DNA from: Vicugna vicugna
Lineage: Eukaryota
Reading direction: 5' to 3'
NCBI GenBank assembly: GCA_013265495.1
Contig: MU057651.1
Coordinates: 2,146,948 to 2,210,947, forward strand
DNA length: 64,000 nt
This document shows positions 61,376 to 64,000 of the stretch, piece by piece (within the stretch, counting starts at the first letter, position 1; each line of letters opens with the position of its first letter). The notes under the pieces are model-generated. The model saw only the letters and a program-made list of their open reading frames with translations. It ran no database searches and had not been told where the DNA came from. Position numbers and translations under genes: made by a program.

Positions 61376-63042
61376 CTAAAATAGAAACAGAACTTTTTTC
61401 ATATTACATTATCATAAATATATCATCACATTATATTATCATAAAGAGATGTATTGTAGGACAAGTAAGGTTGCTTGTGTATTCAGAAGCAGGAGAAACA
61501 AACTCTGTCTTTATCTTTTCTTGAGTTCACAGAATATAAATCATACACATAAAACTGAAAAGATGTCACCCAGAGGCCTCAAATGTTTGCAAATGTACTT
61601 CCCGAGACAACACAAAGGAAAATTTCAATATATAACCTACCTTTTCTGGTGCCCCTGGGTTTGAAGAACACATGGATGGACACTGGAGCAACACGAAGAC
61701 AGCTCTTTGAAGTTAAATTTACCTTTAAGCAATGCTCTCTAGCAATGAACTGTTCTTAAAGAAATGTACTTTAAGAATCTTTGTAAGAAGTCTCCTGAGG
61801 CGGCCAGCCGCTCCACTCTTCCCACAAAGAAAAATTAGGTTTAGAGACAAGAGGGAATAGAGCACATGTTAAAACTCGTAGCTCTGTTTCAGAAGTCAAA
61901 TGTCCAAAGTAATTGAGGCTTCACTCCAATCTCTGATAATTAGTTACCTCTTGCCCGGTAGTAACTACCGTGGCGCGACTCCTAAGGTTAACAAGAGGCT
62001 TGTAACATCTCAGTGACTGGTGCGCTTCCCCGTCGGAGCAGGAGGGGCGGGCAGGAGCTCACACCCTCCGGCAGCCAGCCGCCCTCCGGCTCCCCTGCGC
62101 TGCCCTGCCCTCTGGTCCCGCCAGGAGCGCGGGCTCCGGGCACCATGCTCATCTACGACCACTAACGGTGTGCCCCAATCTACTCGTTTCTTCAGGTATC
62201 TTGCAAACTGCGTCCCTCCCACGAAAATTTCTATAAATAACTGTAAAAAACATTTTTCAGTATACTGTATTCAAGTCTTATTCTATTCCTGAATTGCTGC
62301 ATTTTTTACAGATGAAATAGTTTTCCTGGGCTTCTAATAAATTCTGTCAAGTTTGCCGCTATTTACAATTTTGGCTAAGGAAGTGCTTTTATGAAGTAAT
62401 CAGCCACAAATCTGGTATTTAATTAAGTATATTTAAATGCGGGACTGCCAACGGAAGTTTTAGGAGACACAAACATACTCACTTGGCTTCCTGACACCTT
62501 ATCCAGAAAAACAAAGAAACAAAAAGCAAAAAACAAAAAGCAATGGAACCGGGCCTGAGGAAACCTGGCAGGAACAAAAATCATGTTGTAAAGCAGATGC
62601 CTGTTGTCCTTGTGAAAAGCAGGATGAGGCTAAATCTCTTATTTGACAAAAATGGAAAGAAGGTAAGGAATTATCTGAATCATTAACAGATTTTTTTTTA
62701 TACTAAGTGTGCTGATGGTCGACAAAGGGTGAAATGGAGGAACTCTCTCAGCTGGGCAAGGAGTAAAGATGATAAAGCGAAACTTCCTGGACCAGTCTGG
62801 ACGACGCGAGAACAAACCGTAATTACAGAAACACAGATAAATTCATCAGCTGACTTAACGGAACAGACATCAGACTGCCTAGCCCAGGCTGCTTCTCCCT
62901 TCACTCCCCTAAAAAAAACTTTACAGAAGGATCAAGTGTGCATACAAGGGGTAAGCTCTGTAACTACCAGGTATTGACTACTGGACGATAGGAAGAAACC
63001 ATTACCACCGCAACAAGAAGCAGTTTGTAAAATAAACTTCTG

Positions 63043-63190
63043 GGGGGGCGGGGGTTATAGCGCAAGTGGTAGAGGGCCTGCCAAGCATGCGTGGGGTCCT
63101 GGGTTCAATCCCCAGGACCTCCACTAAAGAAAAAAAAAATTAAATGAATAAACGTGATTACCTCCCCCACCCTCCCCCAAAATAAAATAA
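63043..63190 (+). mobile_element. tRNA-Ala-derived camelid SINE, long form
   Basis: tRNA-like body with GGTTCAATCCC and a tail. A 15-bp target-site duplication with one mismatch: TAAAATAAACTTCTG (63028-63042) / TAAAATAAATTTCTG (63183-63197). Confidence 0.9.
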
Positions 63191-64000
63191 ATTTCTGCAT
63201 GGAGAGGTTGAATAGCTTGCTTTAAATGCCATCAGCTGTCCCCCTGTTCATCAAATTAGGGACCGAGAGAAGGGCCGAGAGAGGCTTTCGTATTTGTTCA
63301 ACCGAGTCCAGCCAGCTCAGAGAGCAACTACTTAAAACTACGGCGTCCCAGGACAGGTAAGAAACGTCACACTGCGCACATGCCCGGAGTCCGCCTGGCG
63401 CCCCGCCATGGCCGTGGGGACAGCGAGCACGTTCCAGGTGCTGCAGACACGGCGCTTTCAGGACGGAGTCCGCTGGAGACCTTTGGTTAACACCTGTATG
63501 GGGTACCTCTCTGGACAAGGGCTACAGTTATCAAATGGGGCTGGAACAACAACAACACCACGTGGAAACAGCGGTAAGGTGTCTTAGGGAAAAGGGAAAC
63601 AACTGCGAATCCGCACGGGATTGTTCAGCGAGCAAAAATCGGGAGGGTGTCCAGACCCTGCAGGACATGTCCCAGTGAAGAACTCCTGAAAACGATTAAG
63701 TGAAAACACAGAGGCGTCCCTGTCACGCAGGAACACAGCACGGACAGCGCACACGCACGCGTACAGCGAGCGGGCGGAGACTCTGGGGCAAAGCCTGGCT
63801 GCGAAGCAGAGCCGACGGGCAGAGGGCGCAGGGGAAGGGTCACGTCACCCCGCGAGTCCTGGGAAAGCTGGGCTCCATGCTAAGAAGTGCACTGAGTTCC
63901 AGAAGTTGGCAACGCAAAAGCGTACCCTCGCTCTGTAGAGACGGCTTCAACCCTGAAGCCAAAGACAAGAGTCCCCTCTCCACCCCGGGCGTCCCTGAGG

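Overview
Mammalian genomic DNA, most likely camelid, judged from five tRNA-Ala-derived Vic-1-like SINEs and a matching L1 3' family. The window holds the 3' ends of two convergent genes. VWC2 (Brorin, + strand) contributes its last two coding exons at 14489-14618 and 41481-41632. ZPBP (- strand) contributes its last two coding exons at 61198-61375 and 48952-49046. All four exons have canonical splice sites, matching phases and intact frames. The rest is intron or intergenic DNA rich in L1 fragments, MaLR/ERV LTR relics, MIR and MER20, with three assembly gaps. Repeat family names and most repeat boundaries come from recalled consensus sequences and are approximate. I found no prokaryotic-type system and cannot support a new gene or novel biological system. 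The most interesting signal is evolutionary. The locus is strongly GC/CpG-enriched and apparently compacted, and short very GC-rich patches sit inside otherwise AT-rich ancient L1 relics, which may be footprints of GC-biased gene-conversion hotspots. Other directly visible oddities are a 124-bp direct repeat downstream of the VWC2 stop, a twin-primed L1 with a perfect 15-bp target-site duplication, a 42-bp micro-inversion between 9-bp inverted repeats, and a SINE copy with all Pol III signals intact.
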